Source: Pseudomonadota bacterium
Lineage (GTDB): Bacteria > Pseudomonadota > Alphaproteobacteria > Caulobacterales > Hyphomonadaceae
Reading direction: 5' to 3'
Assembly: GCA_038746145.1 (NCBI GenBank)
Contig: JBCDKW010000005.1
Coordinates: 77,032 to 109,031 of the forward strand
DNA: 32,000 nt
Shown here: piece by piece, positions 24,952-32,000 of the stretch
How the letters are laid out: the number at the start of each line of letters is the position of its first letter
Numbering within the stretch: the first letter of the stretch is position 1
Made by a program: the position numbers and the translations under genes
The notes under the pieces: generated by a model
The model's database searches: none
What the model was told of the DNA's origin: nothing
Seen by the model: only the letters and a program-made list of their open reading frames with translations

Positions 24952-27255
24952 CTAGTCGACTGTGTTCATGAAGGAGGGCAGCCAGCCCTCATGCGCTTCG
25001 CGAAGCCGGGAGAGAGGTATGTAGAGAGTGGGAGCTCTTTCGCTAACCCACTCTATAGAGAGGTCAGTTGCCCGATACATTTGGGGCGAACTAAAAGCGC
25101 CACAATCCTGGACTTCGATCTCATGCTTTCTCGCGATTTCGTAAATTTCGCTTATTTTCCCAGTGCTGATCAAATAACGACCTGTTGTTTCGCCGAATAG
25201 GAATTCAGTTGAGCTTACATCAAGCTCTTCAAGGCTCCATCCGAACTTTTCATCTTCTATATTAATTCCCACAGTTATCTTTGATGCCAGAGCCATCTCC
25301 GCTGCCGCGCAAGCGATACCGCCGTCACTAACATCGTGCACTGCGTTGATGAGGCCTGAATGTACTAATGTCTGGATGAAATCCGCATTCCGCTTCTCCG
25401 TCTCCAAATCCACAGGCGGCGGAGGCCCAGCCTCTTCGCCGTCGAGGCCTAGCATTTCGCGGGCGTAGAGCGAGGCGCCGAGGTGGCCTTTGGTTTTACC
25501 GATCAGGATCAGGACATCGCCCGGTTGCGCGCCTTTTAGCGTGGAAATCTTATCTACATCCTCGATCAGGCCGACGCCACCGACGACCGGAGTTGGCGGG
25601 ATGCCGACGCCGTCTGTTTCATTATAGAGGCTGACATTTCCCGACACGACTGGGAAATCGAGCGTTTTGCAGGCTTCAGCCATGCCCTCAATCGCCTTGA
25701 CGATCTGGCCCATGACTTCGGGGCGCTCAGGGTTGCCGAAATTGAGATTGTCGGTGATCGCGATGGGTTTTGCGCCGACCGCCGATAGATTGCGATAGGC
25801 CTCTGCCACGGCTTGCTTGCCGCCTTCATATGGATCAGCGGCGACATAGCGCGGCGTGCAATCGGATGTGATGGCGAGCGCTTTATTGGTGCCGTGGATG
25901 CGCACGATCGCGGCATTGCCTTGGGACTGCGAGCTGTCGACCGTGTCGCCCATAACGTGGCGGTCATACTGTTCCCAGATCCAGCGCTTGGAGGCCATAT
26001 CGGGGCAGGACATGAGCTTAAGCAGGACCTCGCCATAGTCTTCCGGCTCGGGATATTTCGACAGGTCGAGCGGTTCACGCTTTTTCGGCTCAACCCAGGG
26101 GCGGTCATAGTTTGGCGCGTCTTCGGCGAGCGGTGGGACAGGGATATCGCACACCGTTTCGCCGAACTGTTTCAGGACCATACGGCCCGTATCGGTCGTG
26201 ATGCCGATGACTTCGGCGTCGAGGTCGTATTTGTCGAAGATGGCTTTCGCGACGGCTTCTTTGCCGGGCTTTAGGACCATCAGCATGCGTTCCTGGCTTT
26301 CGGAGAGCATGATTTCGTAAGCGCTCATTCCGGTTTCGCGTTGCGGAACTTTGTCCAAGTCCATCTCAATGCCGATGCCGCCTTTATCGGCCATCTCTAC
26401 GCTGGAGGATGTCAGACCCGCCGCGCCCATGTCCTGGATCGCCTGGATGGCGTCGGTCGCCATGAGTTCGAGGCAGGCTTCGATGAGGAGTTTCTCTGTA
26501 AACGGATCGCCGACCTGCACGGTTGGGCGGTTATCCTCGTCACCTTCGGAGAATTCCGCGCTGGCCATCGTCGCGCCGTGAATGCCGTCTCGCCCGGTCT
26601 TGGACCCGACATAGAAGATCGGGTTTCCGGGCGTGGCACCGCGGGCATAGAAAATCTTGTCCTGGTCGGCGAGGCCGACCGCCATCGCATTGACGAGGAT
26701 GTTGCCATTATAGCCAGCGTGGAACTCGGTCTCTCCGGCCACAGTCGGCACGCCGACACAGTTGCCATAGCCGCCAATGCCGGCAACGACGCCCTCAACA
26801 AGGCTGCGCGTTTTGGGGTGGCTGGGGTCGCCGAAACGGAGCGCATTGACCAGCGCAATAGGGCGCGCGCCCATTGTGAAGACATCGCGCAAAATGCCGC
26901 CTACGCCAGTCGCCGCGCCTTGATACGGCTCGATGTAGGACGGGTGGTTGTGGCTCTCCATTTTGAAGATGGCCGCTTGTCCATCGCCAATGTCGATCAC
27001 GCCAGCATTTTCGCCGGGGCCTTGAATGACGTGCTCATTCTTGGTCGGGAATTTTGAAAGGTGGCGACGCGAGGATTTGTAGGAGCAGTGCTCGCTCCAC
27101 ATCACGCTATAAATGCCGAGTTCGACCAAGTTTGGATCGCGCCCAAGGCGGGTGATCAGGCGATCCCATTCCTCGGCATTGATCCCGTGCCCGGCGGCAT
27201 CCGCCGCGGTCTGTGTGGCCTGCATGGCGGCGATGATGGCGGATGTATCAGTCAT
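24952..27255 (-). CDS. purL: Phosphoribosylformylglycinamidine synthase subunit PurL
   Basis: [29 protein letters not shown] and two AIR-synthase-like repeats. 767 aa. Confidence 0.97.
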   Translation of the reverse strand: MTDTSAIIAAMQATQTAADAAGHGINAEEWDRLITRLGRDPNLVELGIYSVMWSEHCSYKSSRRHLSKFPTKNEHVIQGPGENAGVIDIGDGQAAIFKMESHNHPSYIEPYQGAATGVGGILRDVFTMGARPIALVNALRFGDPSHPKTRSLVEGVVAGIGGYGNCVGVPTVAGETEFHAGYNGNILVNAMAVGLADQDKIFYARGATPGNPIFYVGSKTGRDGIHGATMASAEFSEGDEDNRPTVQVGDPFTEKLLIEACLELMATDAIQAIQDMGAAGLTSSSVEMADKGGIGIEMDLDKVPQRETGMSAYEIMLSESQERMLMVLKPGKEAVAKAIFDKYDLDAEVIGITTDTGRMVLKQFGETVCDIPVPPLAEDAPNYDRPWVEPKKREPLDLSKYPEPEDYGEVLLKLMSCPDMASKRWIWEQYDRHVMGDTVDSSQSQGNAAIVRIHGTNKALAITSDCTPRYVAADPYEGGKQAVAEAYRNLSAVGAKPIAITDNLNFGNPERPEVMGQIVKAIEGMAEACKTLDFPVVSGNVSLYNETDGVGIPPTPVVGGVGLIEDVDKISTLKGAQPGDVLILIGKTKGHLGASLYAREMLGLDGEEAGPPPPVDLETEKRNADFIQTLVHSGLINAVHDVSDGGIACAAAEMALASKITVGINIEDEKFGWSLEELDVSSTEFLFGETTGRYLISTGKISEIYEIARKHEIEVQDCGAFSSPQMYRATDLSIEWVSERAPTLYIPLSRLREAHEGWLPSFMNTVD

Positions 27256-27423
27256 GCGCGGCCTTTAGCGCGGACGCTGGGGATTCGGAAGTGGGTTTGT
27301 TGCGTGACACTAAACGCAACTTGAAATTTTGTTAAAATTCTTTTCTACCACTAAAAGATGTGTTATCGGTCATCTCTATCGCATTGAATATTGTGAGACT
27401 TAAAGAATTGTGGGGTGGTTATC

Positions 27424-29499
27424 ATGAATACTATTGATCCAAGGCAAAAGCAGGCGAATGAGATACGAAAGCAGGCGACTGAAATCGCTTCGAGTCGTGT
27501 TCGGAAGCCGCATCTACGTAATGGTGAAGAACAAGACTTGGGCGGTTATGATCCGAACTGTCCTCATGTTCGCCAACGTCAACGCGGTGGAGCGATCGAA
27601 AATAAAATTCCCTATCTGACTTTCTCGAAAGGGTTAGCGCATGATGACGAAACGGGACTCCCGACCCGCGCGAGCGTGCTTAATTTGCGTAAGGCAATCA
27701 ACCAGAAAAAAGTCGACGACTTCAATGATATTGGCATTGCATTTAAAGATACTTCAAACAGGCGGTTTTTCTCTGTAGCTGGCCAAACGTCTATCGCTAA
27801 TGGTTTCGTCGTTATTAATGGGCGCGCGCATCGGCGCTGGGAGGCGCCCACAGCAGGATATGTCTTTGATTTGCAGGGGCCAGATGCTCAGGCAGTTACA
27901 ATGCCGCCAGCGCCGCGCGCCTTTCCGCGAGCGGGTAGAACAGAACCCGATGCCGAATTGGTTGCCGATATGGCTGAGGTATACTGGTTTGGTCTATTAC
28001 GCGATGTGCCATTCTCTCACTTCAAAAAAGGGCGAAAGAACAAAGGGAATTATCCGGCGACTCCGAGTGGCGTGGATGTCGGCGATGCTATCAATTATCT
28101 GAAGAAGTTGGATTTCTACAAAAAAGATTTTCCGCGATATGGTGCTGTCAAAGGCAAAAACTACGGCGCGGCCTGCAGTGTTCGCCCTCACGCTGATACT
28201 TTAAGCGCGCAAAATATCTTCAGAGGTCAAACGCCGGGTGATCAAATCGGTCCGTACATCAGTCAGTTTCTACTTATCGGGAATGATGGTGCAGGTGGGG
28301 CCGATGATAAAGCGACGGATGGCCTTATAAAGTACGGTTCTATTCGCATTGATCAACGTGTTCGTGAGGCAAAAGCGCATGTTGATTACATGACTGTCTG
28401 GAATGAGTATCTGGATGTGCAGGACGGCGCGAATGTCTCGCGAACACAGAAGTTTGTATCAAACCCAAATTCAGCTGGTGGAGCTGGTGACAACTTTCGC
28501 TTTATTGCAACACCTCGCGACTTAGCGACATATGTCCACTTCGATGCGCTTTACGAAGCGTATTTAAACGCGTGTCTCTGGCTCCTTTCTGCTGGAGCAC
28601 CACTTGATCCTGATTTCAAAAAAGTGGCGGGCGAGCCTGATGGCGCGGTCGAAGGTTTTGCACTTTATGGGGGACCGCACATTCTGTCGCTTGTAACAGA
28701 AGTTGCGACGCGTGCGCTAAAAGCTGTAAGGTATCAGAAGTTCCAAAATCATTTGCGTCTACGTCCTGAAGCTTTGGCAGGTCTTCTAGCTGCCGAACCT
28801 GACATAGCAAAGCCGACCGTAGACCCGCTTATTGACGCGTTGAAAGCACCGAACGGTCGGAACGTCGTTGATTTATTGGCCAAAGTTCAGTCGCACAATC
28901 AGGCAGTTAACAGCAAAAATCGCAAGAAAATGGGGCAGTATCTGGCCGCTCAATCACAAAATCCGCTTGCCGCTCGTGACGATCTTCCATTGCTGCCAAT
29001 GGCCTTTCCTGAAGGTTCTCCCATGCACCCAACTTACGGGGCTGGGCATGCAACCGTCGCCGGAGCATGTGTGACGATGCTGAAAGCTTTTTTTGATGAA
29101 GATGCAGAGCTTCGCATTGATAAGGACGGTAAACACATTGCGATTGCGCCTAATGACCCGCATTGCGATGGGAGTGTACCATTTGCCTATGAAGCAATCG
29201 CAGATGGCACGAGCCTGTGCAATGTGTACTCAAAGAAAGCGGACGCCTTAACTGTCGGCGATGAATTGAATAAGTTGGCCTCAAATATTTCCATTGGGCG
29301 CAATGTGGCCGGTGTTCACTATTATTCTGATTATATCCAAAGCTTGGTCATGGGCGAAGAGATTGCAATCGGTGTCTTGAAGGAACAGGCCGTGACTTAC
29401 ACTGGAACGGAAGATTTAAAGATGACTTTTGAATCGTTTACTGGAAAGTCGGTCCAGATCAGGAATCCTAATCCGCATATATCTATACTGAGTGCGTAG
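27424..29499 (+). CDS. Vanadium-dependent haloperoxidase-like protein (PAP2 superfamily, bromoperoxidase type)
   Basis: The three PAP2/V-HPO motifs are in the correct order: KAVRYQKFQNHLRLRPE (K..RP), PMHPTYGAGHATV (PSGH-like) and GRNVAGVHYYSDY (R..H...D). The N-terminal part follows the V-BPO pattern (NGEE...FSKGLAHD...EVYWFGLLRDVPF). There is no signal peptide. I prefer the ATG at 27424 to the GTG at 27415. Confidence 0.8.
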   Translation: MNTIDPRQKQANEIRKQATEIASSRVRKPHLRNGEEQDLGGYDPNCPHVRQRQRGGAIENKIPYLTFSKGLAHDDETGLPTRASVLNLRKAINQKKVDDFNDIGIAFKDTSNRRFFSVAGQTSIANGFVVINGRAHRRWEAPTAGYVFDLQGPDAQAVTMPPAPRAFPRAGRTEPDAELVADMAEVYWFGLLRDVPFSHFKKGRKNKGNYPATPSGVDVGDAINYLKKLDFYKKDFPRYGAVKGKNYGAACSVRPHADTLSAQNIFRGQTPGDQIGPYISQFLLIGNDGAGGADDKATDGLIKYGSIRIDQRVREAKAHVDYMTVWNEYLDVQDGANVSRTQKFVSNPNSAGGAGDNFRFIATPRDLATYVHFDALYEAYLNACLWLLSAGAPLDPDFKKVAGEPDGAVEGFALYGGPHILSLVTEVATRALKAVRYQKFQNHLRLRPEALAGLLAAEPDIAKPTVDPLIDALKAPNGRNVVDLLAKVQSHNQAVNSKNRKKMGQYLAAQSQNPLAARDDLPLLPMAFPEGSPMHPTYGAGHATVAGACVTMLKAFFDEDAELRIDKDGKHIAIAPNDPHCDGSVPFAYEAIADGTSLCNVYSKKADALTVGDELNKLASNISIGRNVAGVHYYSDYIQSLVMGEEIAIGVLKEQAVTYTGTEDLKMTFESFTGKSVQIRNPNPHISILSA

Positions 29500-29551
29500 A
29501 ATTTGATTTAGGGTGGTTTTGCCGAGATCTTTCAGTAAATAGAATTGTCAG

Positions 29552-29602
29552 GCAGCGATCATAAAGCAGTCGAATGGACCTTTTTGATCGCTGCAGCTTT
29601 TA
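29552..29602. terminator. Convergent-gene hairpin (candidate terminator)
   Basis: A perfect 10-bp stem GCAGCGATCA (29552-29561) pairs with TGATCGCTGC (29585-29594) around a 23-nt loop. Only a weak T tract (AGCTTTTA) follows on the plus strand. Confidence 0.4.
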
Positions 29603-29609
29603 TCCCTGT

Positions 29610-30794
29610 CTATCGCGTGCCGAGATAGGTCCAGCTTCGCAGGATCGCCTCTAATAGGCCACGCTTGAACACGGTGCGCCAAAGACTGGTGAAGGCGATG
29701 CTGAAGAGCGCGACGATCAGAGCAATCGCGATGCAGGCCGCAGCGCCGATTTGCATGTAGAGGCCGAAACCATATTCGTAGAATACGAGTGATAGCAGTA
29801 AGCCCTGTAGCAAATAAGCTGTGAGCGATGACGTCCCGCCGCGTGCGAAGAACAGCTTTATCGGGCCGTTTGGGGTCAACGACCATTTTGCAATCAGGCC
29901 GAGATAGCCTGCTGTCGCAAAGGGACTGCCAAGAAAGATCAAGGTATTTCCCCAAGCCGTTCGCGCGCTTAATGCGGTTGATCCTGTCAGCACCAACCAT
30001 GCGCCTGCCAGACTAATGAGTAATCCGATGGGAAGATAAATTCGCCGGCATTTCTGCCAGAATGGCGCGCCTGGATTGGAAATCAGATTGTTTCGGACGG
30101 CTGCCAAGCCGAACAGGAAAAACGACATTACTGCCAAGCCCTGTCCGAAAAGGCCGTAAAAGACGAAGCCCGTCCATTCGCCTATGCGTGCTGAGATGAC
30201 GGGAACGAATCCGCCATCTGCAAAGATCTGTGTTCTGACGGCCTCAGATTCGATCATTTCTTGAACGGCGATGTCCATTTCGCCTGGTGATGACGTTGCG
30301 AAGGCTGCAATGCTGATCAGTAAGAGAATTTGCACGCCATAGAAAATGATAGCGAGCCTGATGAGTGTCTGCGGTTTTGCATTTTTGAAGGCAAGGAGCA
30401 GAATTCCAAGAACGGCATAGATGAAGAGGATGTCGCCCTGAAAGAGGAAAAGAATATTGATCGCGGCGAAGAAAAACAGGCCGATAATGCGTCGCCAGTA
30501 GCGTCCGGAAAACCCAATACCTCGTCGCTCAGCCGCCATAATCTGATAGGCAAACCCGACCCCAAACATGAATGAAAACAGCGTGTAAGACTTCGCCGTG
30601 AAAAGCGCATTCACGGTAAAATAGGCTGCAAAGTCGGCCGAGTTTTCCAAACCGCCCGCTTTGTAAAGGTTTTGAGCAAACGGGTAGGCAAAATAGGCGA
30701 CATTGACCAAAGCGATCCCGATGAGCGCCCACGCTCTCGCGAGATCCGGAAACATCTCACGTCCTGCGTCTTGAGTTTCCTGAAGATATGACAT
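29610..30794 (-). CDS. DUF418/YeiB-like polytopic membrane protein
   Basis: N-terminus LARAWALIGIALVNV..., then KSYTLFSFMFGVGF and FQGDILFIYA, resembling the YeiB/DUF418 pattern. I prefer the ATG at 30794 (GGAGG 7 nt upstream) to the TTG at 30809. Confidence 0.72.
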   Translation of the reverse strand: MSYLQETQDAGREMFPDLARAWALIGIALVNVAYFAYPFAQNLYKAGGLENSADFAAYFTVNALFTAKSYTLFSFMFGVGFAYQIMAAERRGIGFSGRYWRRIIGLFFFAAINILFLFQGDILFIYAVLGILLLAFKNAKPQTLIRLAIIFYGVQILLLISIAAFATSSPGEMDIAVQEMIESEAVRTQIFADGGFVPVISARIGEWTGFVFYGLFGQGLAVMSFFLFGLAAVRNNLISNPGAPFWQKCRRIYLPIGLLISLAGAWLVLTGSTALSARTAWGNTLIFLGSPFATAGYLGLIAKWSLTPNGPIKLFFARGGTSSLTAYLLQGLLLSLVFYEYGFGLYMQIGAAACIAIALIVALFSIAFTSLWRTVFKRGLLEAILRSWTYLGTR

Positions 30795-30859
30795 GCTGAA
30801 GCCTCCCAACGCAGCCTTTTGAAAGGGAAACTTGAATTGTGTTGAACGTCAAGGACAGC

Positions 30860-31522
30860 CTAGGCTGCACTCATCAAGCTTTCGAAGACACCCTGCCCGT
30901 CGCTGCCGCCTTCGTGGCCGCCTATGGCGCGTTCCGGGTGGGGCATCATGCCGAGGACGCGGCCATTTTCGCTTAAGATTCCAGCAATATTGCGGGCTGA
31001 ACCGTTTGGATTGTCGACGTAGCGGAACGCGACGCGGCCTTCTTTCTCGAGTGCATCTAGGGTGTCTTCATCAGCGACGTAATTGCCGTCATGGTGAGCA
31101 ATTGGGATGGTGACGTCGCACTGGCCGGAATAGGCGTTGGTGAACGCGGAGTTAGCGCTTTCGATCTTGAGCGCCTGTGGTTTGCAGACGAAGTTGAGTG
31201 AGGTGTTGCGCATCAGGGCGCCGGGGAGAAGCCCGGTCTCACAGAGAATTTGAAAGCCGTTGCAGACGCCGAGGATATAGCCGCCGCGCTCGGCGTGTTT
31301 GTGCAGCTGGCTGATGACCGGACTGTTCGCGGCCATCGCGCCTGTGCGCAGATAATCGCCGTAGGAAAATCCACCGGGGACCATGACGAGGTCTGTGTCC
31401 TCCGGGATAGTCCCATCCTTGTGCCAGACCATTGCGGGCTCTTGGCCGGTGGCCTGGCGCAGTGCGACTTGTGCGTCACGATCACAGTTTGATCCGGGGA
31501 AGACGATGACAGCGGTTTTCAT
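30860..31522 (-). CDS. purQ: Phosphoribosylformylglycinamidine synthase glutaminase subunit PurQ
   Basis: [35 protein letters not shown] (catalytic Cys) and MPHPER. The ATG at 31522 has a GAGGAG SD. The ORF-track start at 31528 is a GTG inside that SD. Confidence 0.95.
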   Translation of the reverse strand: MKTAVIVFPGSNCDRDAQVALRQATGQEPAMVWHKDGTIPEDTDLVMVPGGFSYGDYLRTGAMAANSPVISQLHKHAERGGYILGVCNGFQILCETGLLPGALMRNTSLNFVCKPQALKIESANSAFTNAYSGQCDVTIPIAHHDGNYVADEDTLDALEKEGRVAFRYVDNPNGSARNIAGILSENGRVLGMMPHPERAIGGHEGGSDGQGVFESLMSAA

Positions 31523-31671
31523 GGCCACTCCTCTGCTTGCTTGCGCTTTAGCAGGGAGTCGCAGGCCTTGGGAATAGGGCTGACGCGGCTCTCCGCTTCA
31601 CCCCTAAGGGGAATTAAGTTGTGGTGTCGGCAAATCTTCGCGATACCGACTTTAATTCGAGGAGATTGCTG

Positions 31672-31968
31672 ATGCGGACCGCGCTTTTTGCTTTGACCGG
31701 GCTTTTGATTTTGCCGGCATGCTCAACGATATCCGGCGTTGGAAAGGATGTCAGCGCGGTTGGGCGCGGGATTAGCCATGTCGCCGATGAAGTTCGCGAA
31801 GAAGTTTTCGTCCGTGACAGCGATAGGCGCTATGCTGAAACGCGCTACACCAATCAGTCGTCTGTTCGGCCTACGGTCGTTGTTAAAGAACCGTGCGATC
31901 CAAGCGCGGGCGAGCTGAGAGGCGGATCGGGGCTTCCGCCATGTCCGCGTGTCTACTATAAACAGTAA
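31672..31968 (+). CDS. Entericidin-like lipoprotein with a C-terminal extension
   Basis: MRTALFALTGLLILPACSTISGVGKDVSAVGRGI matches the EcnA/B family pattern (lipobox + T..G.GKD....G..I). GGAG lies 8 nt upstream of the ATG at 31672. A 55-aa extra tail carries two Cys. Confidence 0.6.
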   Translation: MRTALFALTGLLILPACSTISGVGKDVSAVGRGISHVADEVREEVFVRDSDRRYAETRYTNQSSVRPTVVVKEPCDPSAGELRGGSGLPPCPRVYYKQ

Positions 31969-31990
31969 TCGTAAAACGAGGAGTGATCCG

Positions 31991-32000
31991 ATGAAGGCTC
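31991..32000 (+). CDS. Start of an unidentified CDS running off the window
   Basis: ATGAAGGCTC is preceded by GAGGAG 7 nt upstream. Only 10 nt are visible. Confidence 0.3.

Noticed and set aside
24952-25300. AT-rich 3' end of purL, considered as a possible chimeric or inserted segment
   Set aside because: The translated C-terminus stays colinear with ordinary PurL architecture (HDVSDGG...FGE..GRY...LREAHEGW), so a local composition shift is not enough to claim an insertion.
25566-27057. Long ORFs overlapping purL: 26341..27057 (+, 238 aa), 25813..26274 (+), 25566..26108 (-, alternate frame) and 26412..26885 (-)
   Set aside because: They are antisense or out-of-frame shadows of a very confidently identified purL. 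Their composition (Arg/Ala/Ser-rich) is typical of GC-biased non-coding frames.
27299-27320. 7-bp-stem hairpin GTTGCGT...ACGCAAC in the purL/V-HPO divergent region
   Set aside because: The stem is short and no upstream gene exists for it to terminate on either strand. It is likely incidental.
29548-30000. 150-aa minus-strand ORF
   Set aside because: It overlaps the 3' part of the DUF418 membrane-protein gene in a different frame, and it is Arg-rich with no motif.
1-32000. Search for CRISPR arrays, tRNA/rRNA genes, transposases, integrases and toxin-antitoxin or known defence genes
   Set aside because: I saw no regularly spaced direct repeats, no cloverleaf-like or rRNA-like segments, and no recombinase or defence-type ORFs. 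The only mobile DNA I can support is the non-autonomous element at 16963-17237.

Overview
The window looks like chromosomal DNA from an alphaproteobacterium, probably Caulobacterales/Hyphomonadaceae-like. That placement is an inference from a near-canonical CtrA, a SciP/DUF1153 protein and Caulobacter-type sciP/fliF/fliG/flbE/fliN gene order. I call about 30 CDS and found no rRNA, tRNA or CRISPR. Housekeeping genes are hslO (5' partial), rnhA, an SDR, a nitronate monooxygenase, ppdK, a SleB-like cell-wall hydrolase, cysD, cysNC, rlmJ, an M28 peptidase, purL and purQ. Four things stand out. (1) At 5.3-10.7 kb, one minus-strand block holds sciP, a 212-aa FliF-like protein, fliG, a short FlbE/FliH-like protein, fliN, an FlhF with degenerate GTPase motifs, flhG and ctrA. 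TTAAC/GANTC and CtrA-box-like motifs sit in its promoters. (2) A 275-bp MITE with about 31-bp terminal inverted repeats and a TA target duplication is inserted exactly in the ancestral cysD TAA-ATG cysN junction. (3) AT-richer accessory insertions are present. One is a cytoplasmic vanadium-haloperoxidase-like gene plus a DUF418 membrane protein between purL and purQ. The other is an FAD-oxidoreductase/hotdog-thioesterase/83-aa ORF module with a divergent 6-TM orphan histidine kinase. (4) My manual scan found only two perfect TTAA-N7-TTAA CtrA boxes, and both are intergenic. All functional calls rest on motifs read from the ORF translations and remembered family signatures; no database search was possible.
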